Source: Eledone cirrhosa (taxonomy: Eukaryota). From it: a DNA stretch of 64,000 nucleotides. The notes beneath the pieces were generated by a model that was not told the origin of the DNA, made no database searches, and saw nothing but the letters and a program-made list of their open reading frames with translations. The position numbers and the translations under genes are program-made. Position 1 is the stretch's first letter, and the number at the start of each line of letters is the position of its first letter. This document shows positions 1-13,855 of this stretch, one piece after another. The stretch covers positions 40,796,001-40,860,000 of the forward strand of contig OZ024743.1 of NCBI GenBank assembly GCA_964016885.1, read 5' to 3'.

Positions 1-195
1 GCCACAGACTGTGAGGTGGTGGGCGAAATGTCCAGGGGAGCCAAAGTGGTGGGCGATGGGGAAACTGTCGCAGAGACGAATATCCTGGAGGTGTTCAGTG
101 AAACGGTCCGCCAGGCAACGTCCAGTCTGTCCGACGTAGGTTGCGCTGCACTCCGTGCAGCTAAGTCCATAGATTAGGTTGCGAAGTTTGCGCAA
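1..195 (-). mobile_element. Penelope-like element fragment: GIY-YIG endonuclease domain, running off the window start
   Basis: Manual translation of the minus strand from 180 to 1 gives NLIYGLSCTECSATYVGQTGRCLADRFTEHLQDIRLCDSFPIAHHFGSPGH. This is the IY..C..C...YVG.T.R.L..R..EH..HF pattern of PLE GIY-YIG domains. It is not in the ORF track because it lacks a start codon. Confidence 0.85.
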
Positions 196-959
196 TCTCC
201 GCACCCTCCTCGTCAAAACATGTGAGGATAGTGTGGCAGTCACTTCGAAGTTTCATATATTGTTTATTTTGATATGATATATATTTTTGTATGTTCGCAG
301 ATATAAATAGAACGAAAAGGATAATATATACAAAAGATATGATCATGTCGAATGTTACGTGATACAATCAAATACAAATAGACAGGACATATACATATAT
401 TTCAAGTTGTCTATCTAAATATTTATCTATCTATCTCTATTGGTATGTATATATGAATCTATCTATCTATCTATCTAACTCCGTCTCTATATATACATAC
501 ACGCACCCACACCTAAACAAACACACATACACACACACACACACAGATATACATATATATATAACACCAACAGACACACGCATATATATATATGTACACT
601 CGCACACTTAATCTTTACACAAACGCACGCGTGTGTGTTCTTTTTTCTGTCCGAAAGTGAATAAGAAGCAATTGATATTTAACGAGCGGTCGTTGTGTTC
701 AATCGAAATTGACCTCTCAATGCACCATTTTCTTGCCTATCTTACCATTACATAAATAGACCAATGAGAAAATAGACGCACGCAACATATTTTCATGAGA
801 AATGACACTTTTATGCATATTATTTTCTCTTCCGTCTAACGCCATGCTATTTTTTACCTGAAGGATAATATTTGTCGATACATGTGTTCGTCTCTGTCTC
901 TGTTTCTCCCCCATCCTCTCTCTCTTACTCTCTCTCTTTCTTTCTCAGTCTCTCTCTCT

Positions 960-1459
<500 letters not shown>

Positions 1460-1460
<1 letters not shown>

Positions 1461-2965
1461 TTAGGTTTGAAAGTACACCACTGGATAGAGCTGCTCCTTC
1501 CGTATGGTCAATATTGATGTAATAATATGGAGAGTACTCAACGTTAAGCAGCTCAACCGTCTTCGTTTGTGTAGTTGGTGGTGCGAGTACGGAGCTCAAT
1601 ATTATAATAAAATAACAGGAGGCTGGACTTGTGTAAATCCTTGAAAGGTTTATTATACTATGATCATTTCAATGATTGGGTTCCTTATGAATCCGGTGAT
1701 ATCATCAGGTATTCGAAATATAATAAATGAATGTAACAGATAAAATCCATGGGGCTGAAAATCATAGACCCGAAGACGACCGACCATCTAGCAACTTCCA
1801 CTTTAGCCGGTCGCCCTCAAGTGCTGGCTATTCGGTCTACTTAAGACTATCTGGTGAGGGGGCGAAAGATTATAATGTGCTACTAACCTCCCGGTCATAT
1901 ATACCTCTATTAAAATATATACCTCTGTTAAGATATAGATTCTTTAGAATTACATCTTTCGCGGCAATTCCTAGCCTGATTGTAGCATGACAGGAACGCT
2001 GACTTTTCTTCTTTTTTCTGTCTTTTTTTCGCTTTGGCCGGGAGGTTAGTAGGACATTATAAGCTTTCGCCCCCTCACCCGATAGCCTTAAGTAGACTGA
2101 ATAGCCAGCACTTGAGTGCGACCGGCTAAAGTGGAAGATGCTAGATGATCTATGATTGTCAACCCCATGGATTTTATCTGTTACTTTCATTTATTATATT
2201 TCGAATACCTGATGATATCACCGGCTGACAATCATAGACCCGAGGACGACCAACCATCTAGCATCTTCCACTTTAGAGATTTGATTCTGACTTTTTTTTT
2301 TTCTATTTAATTGCTAAACCTGTAGATATTGTTCTCTATACAGTAACGGTAAAACTCACTTGTAATAATTCTTTACACACATCTCACTGTGTAACACACT
2401 TCTTTTTGTGTAATATATCTGTATTTGAGCTCAGAAGAAAATTATCTATTCTTCTTTGAGCTAATATTATTATTACTGTGAAATGCGGAATACTCCTAAT
2501 TCCGATCCTCGTATACTTAACGAGCTCCAAATTGTTGAGCTAATAAATTCGAATGGTTGGGCTGCTCTCTCTAGCATTTTCCCCAATCCATGAGAGCCGT
2601 TATTTGATGGAAATAACACGTGATTTCGCCCTACTCTGGGCAGCGTGTATATTAGCATTCTCTCTATCCATGAGGTTAGATGTGTCGTGAACAGAATCCA
2701 CACTTGCTGACAGAGGATCATGTGGGCTGTTAAACTGCACATTTTTGTGGTGAAACAAACTAGATTCGTATCAGCAAGCTTATAGTTATAAGGTTGGCAA
2801 TTTAAAACTCTACTTCAGAGATTTCATTCTGACTTAGTTTTTTTTCTATTTAATTGGTAAACCTGTAGATATTGTTCTCTATACAGTAACGGTAAAACTC
2901 ACTTGTAATAATTATTTACACACATCTCACTGTGTAACACACTTCTCTTTGTGTAATATATCTGA
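1460..2965. mobile_element. Rearranged Penelope-type pseudo-LTR complex with inverted and direct internal repeats
   Basis: 1693-1897 is inverted at 2035-2224; 1754-1806 recurs at about 2224-2276; about 150 bp at 2272-2421 recurs at about 2815-2964. Hammerhead-like motif plus AATAAA on the minus strand at 1649-1712. Both ends abut (TA)n. Confidence 0.55.
1655..1712 (-). ncRNA. Degenerate minimal type I hammerhead-like motif
   Basis: Minus strand reads ATAC-CTGATGA-(31 nt)-GAAA-TGATCA-TA-GTAT-AATAAA. Stem I (ATAC/GTAT) and a palindromic stem III are present, but stem II pairs poorly. Confidence 0.45.
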
Positions 2966-2991
2966 ATATATATATATATATATATGTGTGG

Positions 2992-3054
<63 letters not shown>

Positions 3055-3121
3055 AAAGTATTACTCTTTTATTGACATTTTGTTGTTGTGCATCCGTTCT
3101 AGACCTAACAGGTTTTATTTA

Positions 3122-3207
<86 letters not shown>

Positions 3208-3216
3208 TTATTATTA

Positions 3217-4095
3217 TTCCACATTGGCGTTCTATAGAGGATTAGTTGAGGGGAAGAGCGACGACGTACTTGGAGAAACTCTAGCCGTCGACGAAAATCA
3301 ACTAGCCAATCTCTTCGGAAGGACTTTCGAGCCGGGGTCTATGGACAACCTCCAGAAATCCCTGGCCTGTCTGAGGAGCTTTGCCAGTTCGGGATAAACT
3401 CTACAGGCATGGAGGTGCCGTCAGCCGGGCATGTCCGAGATGCGCGCAGGGGGACGAAACCGTCCTGCACGCACTCGTCCAGTGTCCGAGCATTGCTGAC
3501 TTGTGGGTTTATGTCGAACACCTGCTGTCACGTGTAGTACGGATCCAGCTATCAGCTGAGTCTATCGTGAGGATTGCCCCGCCCTCTTCCTTTAGCCGAG
3601 AATGGCAGGCAGTTTTTATCTGTCTGGTGGCCATGGCGAAAGAGATAGTATGGTGGACACGTTTGAAAGGGGTGAAGACGAGCACTTACCTCTTCGGTGA
3701 TGCCCTGATTAACTTTTTCAAATTACATTTGAAAAGGAAAATCGGGGTAGAGAGGGAAGTGCTTTCTTCCCAGCATTTTGTTGAAAGATGGGTGAGAGAA
3801 GCAAGTATGGCCCGAGTGAATGGGCCTACTCTGAGTATGTGTCTGTAAATTAAAGGTGGAAAACTGGGAGAGGGCACTTGCCCTGGTGGTCAGGGTCACT
3901 GTGGCCTTTTAATGGGCTTTCTCCACAAATGTTCCTCGGAAGTCTCCCCCTATTGGGGAATTTTTCATTGTTATTTTTTTATTACATCCTCTGTTTTTTT
4001 ACACGCATAAATGCCCATTTGTACCGTACTGTATTGTGCTGTACTGTCCTTAATGTCTACTTTATGTAAACCCTTGTGGTTAATAAAGAAAGCAT
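3217..4095 (+). mobile_element. 5'-truncated Tx1/L1-like LINE, 3' end; same family as 50748-56580
   Basis: ORF 3381-3848 has the C-terminal CPRC...ETVLHALVQC zinc motif and is nearly identical to 55675-56580. Ends TAATAAAGAAAGCA followed by (TTA)n. Confidence 0.92.
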
Positions 4096-4369
4096 TATTA
4101 TTATTTTTATTATTATTACTATTATATGATATGCAACAAGTCGAAAAATTACAGAACAGAACACAGACAAAAACAAATGCAACACCAAAGAAAAAGAAAT
4201 TTCAAAAGTTTTGAACGCAACAAGCCCGACTTCCCTCGTAGTTAAAATCAAAAATAGCAGCAGCAGCAAATACACCACCGATGTTACTGGCCATGAAACA
4301 CAAAAAGGGGAAAGAAAAATCTCCGGGGGTGATAAAATCACTGGGGATGTTGAAATCACCGGTGGTTAT

Positions 4370-7300
4370 GTAACCATACATTCACCAATCCTCTATATGA
4401 GTGTTTAAATGTCGAACCTAAACAGTTTCAATAACGGTGAAGTGGAGACTGGACCGTCATGTGAAAGACTCTCACCCAGCAAGTGCTCCCTGGCCCAGCA
4501 GCAGGGACCTGGCTGTCATCCAAATACTGCTGGTGTTGGAGGAAGAAGAAGAAGGAAAGGGACAAGAACCAACTGGACGAAAGAATTGAATAGATCTGTC
4601 ATGGAATGTTACCTGAAGAGTAACCCCATGGAAAAAGGCTATAGAAAACGGATGCATAACATCTTGAACGAGATGGGTCTATTTAAATTAGATGAACAAA
4701 AATTGGCCGGGCAGGCTCGCGTAATAAGAACTAATGGATGAATAAGCGAGTTGGAACTGGAGGAACTGAACAGAGAGATTAAGTTGGAAATGGAGAGTGG
4801 AGTATGTCAGGCAAGCGAACCAGTGGGACATGAAGGCGAAGTAGTTGAGAGACCTGAGGAATCATCCGAAGCAGACAATGATCTGAATGCTGAAATACAT
4901 AACATCTGGAATAAAGATACGGCCATTGAGGAAATGAATGGTGATGGGCTAGGACAAGATTTGGTTGATATCCTGAACTTAATGGTAGATGAAATAAACA
5001 ATGATAGTGGAAAACCTATGAACTTAAAATTTGTAGACAGGAAAATGTTAAAAGAAACAACAGCTAAGATAAACAAAGTCATCCCATACCTTGAGGCGAG
5101 TAACCTTAACCAATGCAACAATATCCTCAAAGCAACAGCAAATGCGGTGAGGAAATTTTTTGGAATAAAAACGAGAGGAAACCACAAGAAAGATCAGAAC
5201 CTTGGTGGAAGAAACGACTGAATGGTCAAATCAAGGAAATGAGAAGACATTGGAAAGCTTGAGTCCCTACTGAATGGGACATTACAAAACATAGACACTA
5301 AAATTAGATTGGAAATAAAGTACAAAACTAGGGGGCGGGGGAGCTAAATATTATCATAGAGGGACTGATGCAACGCATTGTAGCAAAGAGTGCAAATATT
5401 AGGCGGTATGAGAGCAGAGTCAGTCAGTATAGATAGAACCGCTTGTTTGATAACAGCCAGAAGATGTTGTTTCGACAGCTTGAAGGCAACGACATGATCC
5501 CTGAGGCGGAACAGACTAAGACATTCTGAGAGGAATATGGGAGCAGGATGTTGAACATAATGGTCAGGCAGTGTGGATTGAGACAGTACAAAAGAAGATT
5601 AGTGAACAAACACACCAACAAACTGATTTGAGTATCATAGTTGAAACTCTTAAAGGGCAGGCCAAAAAACTAACCAACTGGAAATCTCCAGACCCAGAGG
5701 TGTGCAGGGGTATTGGTTTAAAAATATAACTTCCCTCCACTCGAAACTGACAACCATGTTCAATGACTGCTTGATGTCGGGTGAGGTACAAGAGTGGTTG
5801 ACAAAATGTACCACAGTTCTGGTAAGGAAAGACCGAATCAAGGGTAACGATGTTACCAACTATAGACCTATCACATGTCTGTCCGTAATGTGGAAACTGT
5901 TGACAAGCATTATGTCTGAGGAAATCTACCATTACCTCCACATAAACAACTTGCTAGCGGACGAACAGAAAGGATGCCGAAAGAAGTCCCGTGGTACAAC
6001 AGACCAGTTACTTATTGATAAGTAATGAAGCGTGAAGATCAAGAGAGGTATCTTCGAGGGAGATAGTTTGTCCCCTCTGCTGTTTGTCCTTGCTCTGATG
6101 CCCCTGCCCATTATATTGCGAAAAGTGAGAGCAGGATACATGTTGGGAAAAGGAGAGCTTACCATCAACCACCTCCTCTTCATGGACGGTCTTAAACTCT
6201 TTGGGAAGAGTGAGAAGGAGTTGGATGTACTTGTTGACACTGTCCGTATTTTAAGCAATGATATATGTATGGAAATTGGCATTAATAAATGGAGTCCTAG
6301 TGATGAAGAGGGGTAAATTGAGCAGAAGCAACGGAATCCAGGTACTAACAAGTGAGATGATAGAGGAAATTGACACTGAAGAAGGATACAAATATTTAAA
6401 TGTTCTGGAGGCAGATAACATCAAGAACAAAAACATGAAGGAATTGATAAGATCTGAGTACATTAGGAGAGTAAGGAGCGTATTAAAAATCACATCTAAA
6501 TAGTAGGAATCCCATTAGTGCAGTGAATTCCCGAGATTTGTCTATTATTAGGTTCTTACTTGTACTTGCGTCGACATTCACCCTGGACGGGTTGAGCCGA
6601 CTTCTTCCCTAGTCCTGACGGCATCCCGAACCCTGGCAGCCGACGCACGACGATCCCGGGCTAGGTCACTGGAGATAGCGAGCCTGTCACGGTTCCATCG
6701 GCGCAGGCCGACCACCTGCGGACCTGAGAGTTCGGAGAGGTCCTCCTTGATGGTCGTTGCCCAGGTTTTCAGCAGCCCGCCAACGCACTTGCGCCAGTTA
6801 GGGAGTGGAGGTGGGAGAATACATCGCGGATCAGCTCACTCTCAGGGCGCCGGGCCACGTGACCAAACCATCTCAAGCGCCGTTACAGAAGCACTGAATG
6901 AAGGGGTCAAAGATTCAGGCGAAGACGAAGACTGGTGGTAGGGACCCGATCAACGCGTCGGCAGCGAAGAATGCGGCGGAGACAGTCATTGTCGACGAAC
7001 TCCTGCCCCTGTGGTCGACTATCCTCATAGGTCAAGTTTCACAGCCATAGAGGAGGTTAGTGCGGGAATTCTGAATTGGAGTGTTGCTGAACAAAAAGAA
7101 ATGGATAGGAAGACTAGGAAGCTATTGACTATCTACAACATGTTCCACAAGAGGAGTGATGTCGATATATTCTACTTAAAGAGATCTGAAGGTGGAAGAG
7201 GTCTTATCAGCATAAAGAACTGTGTTCAGATGGAGAAGAACAACCTGCACAAATACGTGACTGACAGTAGGGAGCCAATGCTCAAAATTGTACTGAAGGA

Positions 7301-8184
7301 GAAGACAATTGACCAAGGAGGAAATAACAACAAGGAGGAAGAGCAACCTTCATGAACAATCCCTTCATAGTATCTTCTTTAAGAAAACTGAATTTAGAGA
7401 TCCACAAACATGGAACTAGTTAAAAAGAGGAGACCTTAAAAAGGCTACAGAAGGAATGCTAATGGCTGCCCAAGAGCAGGCCCTCAGAACGAAGTGGGTG
7501 AAACGCCATATTTACAAGGAAAACGCTAGCCCACTGTGTAGGATCTGTGGAGAGAGAGAGGAGAATGTGGCTCACATTGTATCCGAGTGTAAACACCTAG
7601 CCCAGACTCACTATAAAGGCTGGAGACATGATCTGATGGGCAGGGTGATCCACAGGCACCTATGCAAAGTAAATAATTTTCCACATTCTGAGAAGTAGTA
7701 TGAGCATAATCCAGAGTCGGTGATAGAAAATGATCAGGTGAAGGTCCTATGAGATTTTAGGATACAGACGGACAATAAATTAGAACAGAATAGACCTGAC
7801 CTGGTGGTTTTGGACAAGGATAAAAGATCGTGCCTGATTGTGGATGTGGCCTGCCCATTTGACACGAGAGTGCAAGAAAAGGAGAGGGAGAAAATTAACC
7901 GATACCAGGACTTAAAGTGGGAGGTAAAAAGGATTTGGAACTGCCATGAAGTCAGAGTCGTCCCGATTGTCATAGGCGCACTAGGTACTATCTCAAAGAG
8001 TTTCCAAGGATGATGGTTAAAGAAGATTAGTCCAGCCCCGCTTTTTGGAACACTTCAAAAGGCATGCTTGCTGGGAACAGCAAGTACCCTCCGATACGTC
8101 CTGAATATCTGAGGCTCAGGTAGCGGCTTGATATTCATTTCAACAAACTTTCCTGTTAAATAACATCAATGACTGAGACTCAAA

Positions 8185-8186
<2 letters not shown>
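4370..8186 (+). mobile_element. Near-full-length degenerate Dong/R4-clade non-LTR retrotransposon (RT + restriction-like endonuclease)
   Basis: Broken ORF series 4409-8111: N-terminal WTKELN..VMECY, RT motifs [21 protein letters not shown] and LLFMDG(D)LK, zinc motif CRICGEREENVAHIVSEC, RLE motifs RPD...VDVACP...EKINRY. Several stops and frameshifts, an internal deletion near 6022, and a (TAA)n 3' flank. Confidence 0.92.
6554..7052 (-). mobile_element. RTE-clade LINE 3' fragment nested in the Dong element
   Basis: Minus strand gives RRLRWFGHVARRPESELIRDV and WRKCVGGLLKTWATTIKEDL, ending CAAGTACAAGTAA. It interrupts Dong sequence that is contiguous in the copy at about 57730 (TATTATTAGG|TACAGTGCGGGAATT). 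Confidence 0.8.
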
Positions 8187-8218
<32 letters not shown>

Positions 8219-8431
8219 TATTATTATTATTATTGTTTTTATTGTTGTTGTTATTGTTTGTATTTAGATAATCATGATGTGAGTTCCGATGATTGAACAA
8301 GCAGTAAAGATGTTTGTCGCCAAACAATTATTGATTTCAGTAAATGTACTTTTGCAGATTCGGCATAAAAAGTGTATATGAACTATAAAATGGAAAACTA
8401 CAACTACCATAGCACAACAGCAACGTTAAGG

Positions 8432-8490
8432 AATGATAATGATTTCATTTATTAGCCACAAGAGCCGACATGTAGGGGACAATACAGTAA
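8432..8490 (-). mobile_element. Very short Tx1-type 3' tail remnant
   Basis: Reverse complement ends CTCTTGTGGCTAATAAATGAAATCATTATCATT, matching the Tx1 terminus at about 50710-50735. Confidence 0.6.
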
Positions 8491-8540
8491 TGATAATGAT
8501 AATAATAACAACAACAACAGCAACAACAGCAATAATAATA

Positions 8541-9222
8541 ATTGTTTCTACTTTTGGCACAAAGCCAGCAATTACTCAGTGCATTACTGGTACTTTATTT
8601 TATCGACCCCAGAAGGATGAAAGGCAAAATTAACCTCGGCAGGATTTGAACTCAGATCAGAAAGGGCCGTAACTCTGTGCTACAAAGCATGTTGTCCGAC
8701 CCTCTACCGATTCTGCCAAACCACCACCCAGCAATAATAATAATAATAATTGTTTCTACTATTAATAATATATTCTCCTATAAATAATAATAATAATGGT
8801 TTCTGATATAGGCACAAGGCCAGTAATTTTTTTTTGGGGGGGGGGGGTAGAGTCGATAAAATCGAATCCAGTGCGTGACTGGTACTTTATTTTATCGACT
8901 CCGTAAGGATGAAAGGCAAAGTTAACCTCGGCGGGATTTGAACTCAGAATGGCAAGGGCCGTAACTCTATGCATCAAAGCATGTCGTCTGACCCTCTACC
9001 GATACTGCCAATCCACCGCCGAGAATAGTAATAATAATTATTTCACCTTTGGCACAAGGGCAGCAATTACGCCAGTCCATTACTGGTACTTTATTTTATC
9101 GACCCCGTAAGGATGGAAGGCAAAGTTAACCTCGGCGGGATTTGAACTCAGAATGGCAAGGGCCGTAACTATATTCGTCAAAGCATGGCGTCCGACCCTC
9201 TACCGATATTGCCAATTCACCA
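8541..9222 (-). mobile_element. Cluster of three tRNA-derived SINE copies (about 8541-8725, 8798-9020, 9041-9222)
   Basis: Each has an A-box-like TGGCAG(T/A)ATCGGTAG, a B-box GAGTTCAAATCC, and the core CTTTGCCTTTCATCCTTACGGGGTCGATAAAATAAAGTACCAG. Copies are separated by (AAT)n. Confidence 0.9.
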
Positions 9223-9242
9223 TAATAATAATAATAATAATG

Positions 9243-9328
9243 AGAAGAAGAAGAAGAAGAAGAAGAAGAAGAAGAAGAAGAAGAAGAAGAAGAAGAAGAA
9301 GAAGAAGAAGAAGAAGAAGAAGAAGAAG
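9243..9328. repeat. (GAA)n trinucleotide microsatellite
   Basis: Pure GAA run. Confidence 0.95.
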
Positions 9329-9603
9329 AGCAACAGCGACAACAGCCACAACAACAACAACAAACATCCACAAGAGAACAACAAGCCAGCCTGATAACAT
9401 TTTTAAACGAATGAAATATATATAAAGGTATTTAAATATAAAAGAATAGCAATAAATTGAACCCCCAAAACATCTAAGGTACATTTGAATTCAGTGACGT
9501 TAAGATGAAGACATCTTCCATGATGGATGTAATGAAGTATGAAGGAAAAAAATACTAGATGTGGAGTAAATTGAATACTGAGAGTGGTGTGCATAAATAC
9601 AGT

Positions 9604-9634
<31 letters not shown>

Positions 9635-9986
9635 GTCAATTTTATACATCTGCCTCATGTCAGCTAGTTTTACACGTTAAAATCGTAGATATACTATATT
9701 TCTCACCTAGATTGATGTTGTGATTATTTCAAATAATTTATTGCTAGCATTGTTAGTATTGTTGTTATTGTTCTGATTGAATGCCATTACTACTATATAT
9801 AGTAGCCATACCTGTATATTCCTTTCATTGACACAAGCTCCGATGGTTACAACTATGTATTGGTGATCGAATGAAGTGAAAACAAGCGGGTAGCGATCTC
9901 TAGACCTACCGGTTCAGAGAAACAATTGTCAGCAATGAGATTAAAACCCTTTTTTGTATAGCAAACCGTGTCACTCTTCTTTCCTG

Positions 9987-10022
<36 letters not shown>

Positions 10023-10027
<5 letters not shown>

Positions 10028-10140
10028 AACCAGTAAGACCCCGACAGCTAAGCTCAAGCCGTTTCGACGGCTAATTCTGAGTCCAGAATTAGCCGTCGAA
10101 ACGGCTTGAGCTCAGCTGTCGGGGTCTTACTGGTTCCTAT
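10023..10140. repeat. Near-perfect palindrome: 57-bp arms, 4-nt loop
   Basis: ATAGGAACCAGT...CTAATTCTG-agtc-CAGAATTAG...ACTGGTTCCTAT with one mismatch; embedded between (TA)n tracts. Confidence 0.95.
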
Positions 10141-10216
10141 TACCCACTCTACTACCTCAAGTATTGAGTACTTTGGTGCGTTATGGTCCACCTGGTTCCT
10201 TACCACATTTCCTTCG

Positions 10217-10263
<47 letters not shown>

Positions 10264-10273
10264 TATATATATG

Positions 10274-10320
<47 letters not shown>

Positions 10321-10653
10321 GTATGCGTGTGTATGTGCGTGTGTGTGCCTATGTGTGCGTGCCTGTGAGTGCGCGCGTGTGTGTGTCTCTGTCTCTCTCA
10401 CTCTCTGTGCGTGTATCTGCGTATATGTGTGTGTCTGTGCGTCTGTGTCTGTGTGTGTATGTGTTTGTGCTTGTGTGTACGTGTGCGTGTGCGTGCGTGT
10501 GTGTGTGTGTGTGTGTGTATGTGTGTGTGTGTGTGTGTATAAGTATAGTTAATATATGTAATTAATTCCGTACCCTGCATTCACCTAAGTAACCAAGCAT
10601 TTGGACATTTTGATATTCAGCCGATTTCCGTCCTATTTCTTGTAGCAAAAGCA

Positions 10654-10745
<92 letters not shown>

Positions 10746-11229
10746 GCGTGTGTGTGTGTGTATGCGTGTGTGTGTGTGCGTGTGTGTGTGTGTGTGTGTG
10801 TCTGGACGAATCTGAGTACAGAAACAATAGATGAGAATACCAGAACCGAGGAAAATTCCACTAAGCGATCAATAAATCTTGAATTTAGTGCAGGAACAGT
10901 AAATTCAAGGATTACAAATGGAAATCATATTTCATAAAGTGATACATTCCGAAACTAAACTGAAATAACTTTTCATAACGAGATACGAAAATATGGTTTG
11001 AGTATTCTTTTCATAACAACATTTGCATCTTGTAAATGTCATGAAATTGGTAGGCCTAGGCTATAAACAAAGTCTTATTATATATTTTTGACCAAGTCAT
11101 AAGCATCGACTTACTGGTAATTATACCTTTATACACACAAGCACACACACACACGCGCACACAATCATACACACTCACACACACACACACACTCACATAA
11201 CCACACACTCACACAGACACATACTCACA

Positions 11230-11454
<225 letters not shown>

Positions 11455-11569
11455 CACACACACATGGTGTTGAAATAAGGTTATTTAAAAATGTTATAAT
11501 CACTTTGAAATACATGATTCTTTGATTCTTTAATTCCTAGTTACCGCTATTGAAAGAAGACAATGTTAC

Positions 11570-12050
11570 TTGCTGGGAGCAGTTACGTGAGGCAATACAT
11601 AAAACGGCTGCTGCCTCAATTGACTTGACTAAACGCAAGTATGCTGACAAAATGGTGTGAAGATATAGCAACTTATGTCTGAGACATGCAATTACCATCA
11701 AGCTATTGGAAGTGGTGAGACACCCGGCAAGGGACCAGCTTACTCAAAGAAGTGAGTTCCTTCAAACGGAACTATGGCTCTTGAAACGCCGATGGTCGGG
11801 CCAGAAGACGGCAAAAATTCAGATAAGTGTTATGCCCTATACCATGTAGGCTTTTTTTGTTAGTTTGACATACATTTACGGTCCCCTAACAGATGCCAAT
11901 GTTCTAATAAACGGTAAAGACGGTTCCCACCTCTAAACAGAGAAATGTGTTATCATGAAACACTGGTAAAAACGTTTCAGTGAATTGTTGATCAAATCCT
12001 CAACATTTTCTCGTGTGGCTCTCGCTAGTATCCATGACATTCCAGGCTAG
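11570..12050 (+). mobile_element. Highly degraded RTE-like LINE internal fragment
   Basis: Frameshifted remnants of the IYGP...NGKDGSHL...HW..RFSELL pattern found between the endonuclease and RT of RTE elements. Confidence 0.5.
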
Positions 12051-12426
12051 ATCTAGCAGCGAGTGTTGAGATCCTGGTAACTGCCATCTGTAGGACAAAA
12101 CGGAAATATTTCCCATAGAGTTCTACAAACTTGGTGTGATGGATTTGTACTGTAGGATCTTCCAATTTTTTTTATTTTCAGAATGTGACACACAACACAC
12201 AACACACAAAAACAAGGTGGTGTAGAACAGAATAAAGGAGAGTCACAAAGTAAATACCTAGTCACTGAGGTGGTCACAGAATGCGTGACGAAAGAGCTTT
12301 GACAAAATATAAACAACGACCCGGTTATCGAACCAACCACCCAACCGGAAATTTATAATAATCTAATGTGAAAACAACAGGTGCGTGTGTTTTTATTGGC
12401 AGCATGACCCACTCCAAGTATAACAG

Positions 12427-12491
<65 letters not shown>

Positions 12492-12934
12492 AATCATTAT
12501 TGTAATAACAAGAGGCGTGGCTAGACGTTTCTCAATCGAAGAGTTGTTGAAAATTCATCTGCTAATGTTGTTGACGTGCGATTTAAAGTCTACGAGATAG
12601 TGATAAGTTAGCTAATATATAACAACCATTTCATTAGTGTGTTTGTTTTTCTAGCAAGAGAGATATTAACCAGTATTTAATTATGAAACCATAAGTTTCA
12701 ATACCATAAGTTCATCTTCCAATAATTGCCTAATTCTGATCAACAGTCTATTTGAAGCAAGCTTCATATTGAAACATGTACAACCACACAAGCATCAGCC
12801 ACATCATAACTAGCTGCACAGAATATTTCTTATCAGCGTCGAATTTAATCCAACTTTAATTTTCATGGAAAAGTAATGACTTTTGGGCATTTATTATAAA
12901 CTTATAACTTATAACTTATAACTTAATACTTATA

Positions 12935-13122
12935 GGGCGTTGGATTGGCAGTATCGATAGAGGGTCGGACGTCATGCTTTGACGCATAGAGTTATGGCCC
13001 TTGCCATTCTGAGTTCAAATCCCGCCGAGGTTAACTTTGTCTTTCATCCTTACGGGGTCGATAAAATAAAGTACCAGTAATGTACTGGGTAGTTGTTGGC
13101 CTTGTGCCTAAAGTAGAAACAA
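12935..13122 (+). mobile_element. tRNA-derived SINE
   Basis: A and B boxes, conserved core and GCCTTGTGCCTAAAGTAGAAAC tail; flanked by TATAACT repeats. Confidence 0.9.
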
Positions 13123-13855
13123 ATATAAACTTATAACTTCCATGTCATTAATGTTAGAGAATGAACTACCAAACGATAAAAAATTTCACAAGTAGAAAAT
13201 TTGTGAAAGAGTGAGAAAATTACTCTATGCTAAATTGACTGAAGTTGCAATTATCTTCATTCTCTGTGATATTAAACAACTTCATTACCGTTGCGCCGTT
13301 AATCTATAAAGGTAACACAGTAGTTTATACAAGATTTGAAAATTGACGGAACCTCAATTACATTGGGGAATTCAATTTGATACATACATTGTGGATTAAT
13401 TAGTATACACATCCGATTAGGTAAAATGTTGACCGTGTTTTATTCAAAGTAATACAGTATTCATGCTTTAAAGGAGATTCAATTCACCTAATTTCAGTTT
13501 GGCAGCATGTGCATGAGTAGTGGCATTGATATTAATGTATATATCAGCATTTTTGTTGGCTTTTTTGTCTCATTATATCGTACAGGGAAATCTGTAAGAA
13601 GGAAAGTCAGTTTTCGATGTAGATTTATATTTGTTGGGGTTTATAAACATTTGAAATTCTCTTTATTTCGACGAAGTTGAAAAGTGTTACAGCAATATGT
13701 TAATATATACAAGTATATATTAACATTTTCTAAAAGTGTGTCCTGTGCGGGACATTCTGATATCTAATCCATGTTTCTGTGCGTATGTCTATCATAGGTC
13801 ATTAAATAAGCCTTCCACATTACTCTCATGCATTATTCGTTATTCAGATTATACA

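Noticed and set aside
735-856. Minus-strand exon-like segment with an AG acceptor and GTAAG donor
   Set aside because: The open frame ([12 protein letters not shown]...) shows no MMP or other recognisable motif.
9126-9484. Poly-R/K/S/L ORFs
   Set aside because: Frames of a (GAA)n repeat.
12940-13030. tRNA gene
   Set aside because: A and B boxes are present but no cloverleaf is evident, and it continues into the SINE core in about ten copies.
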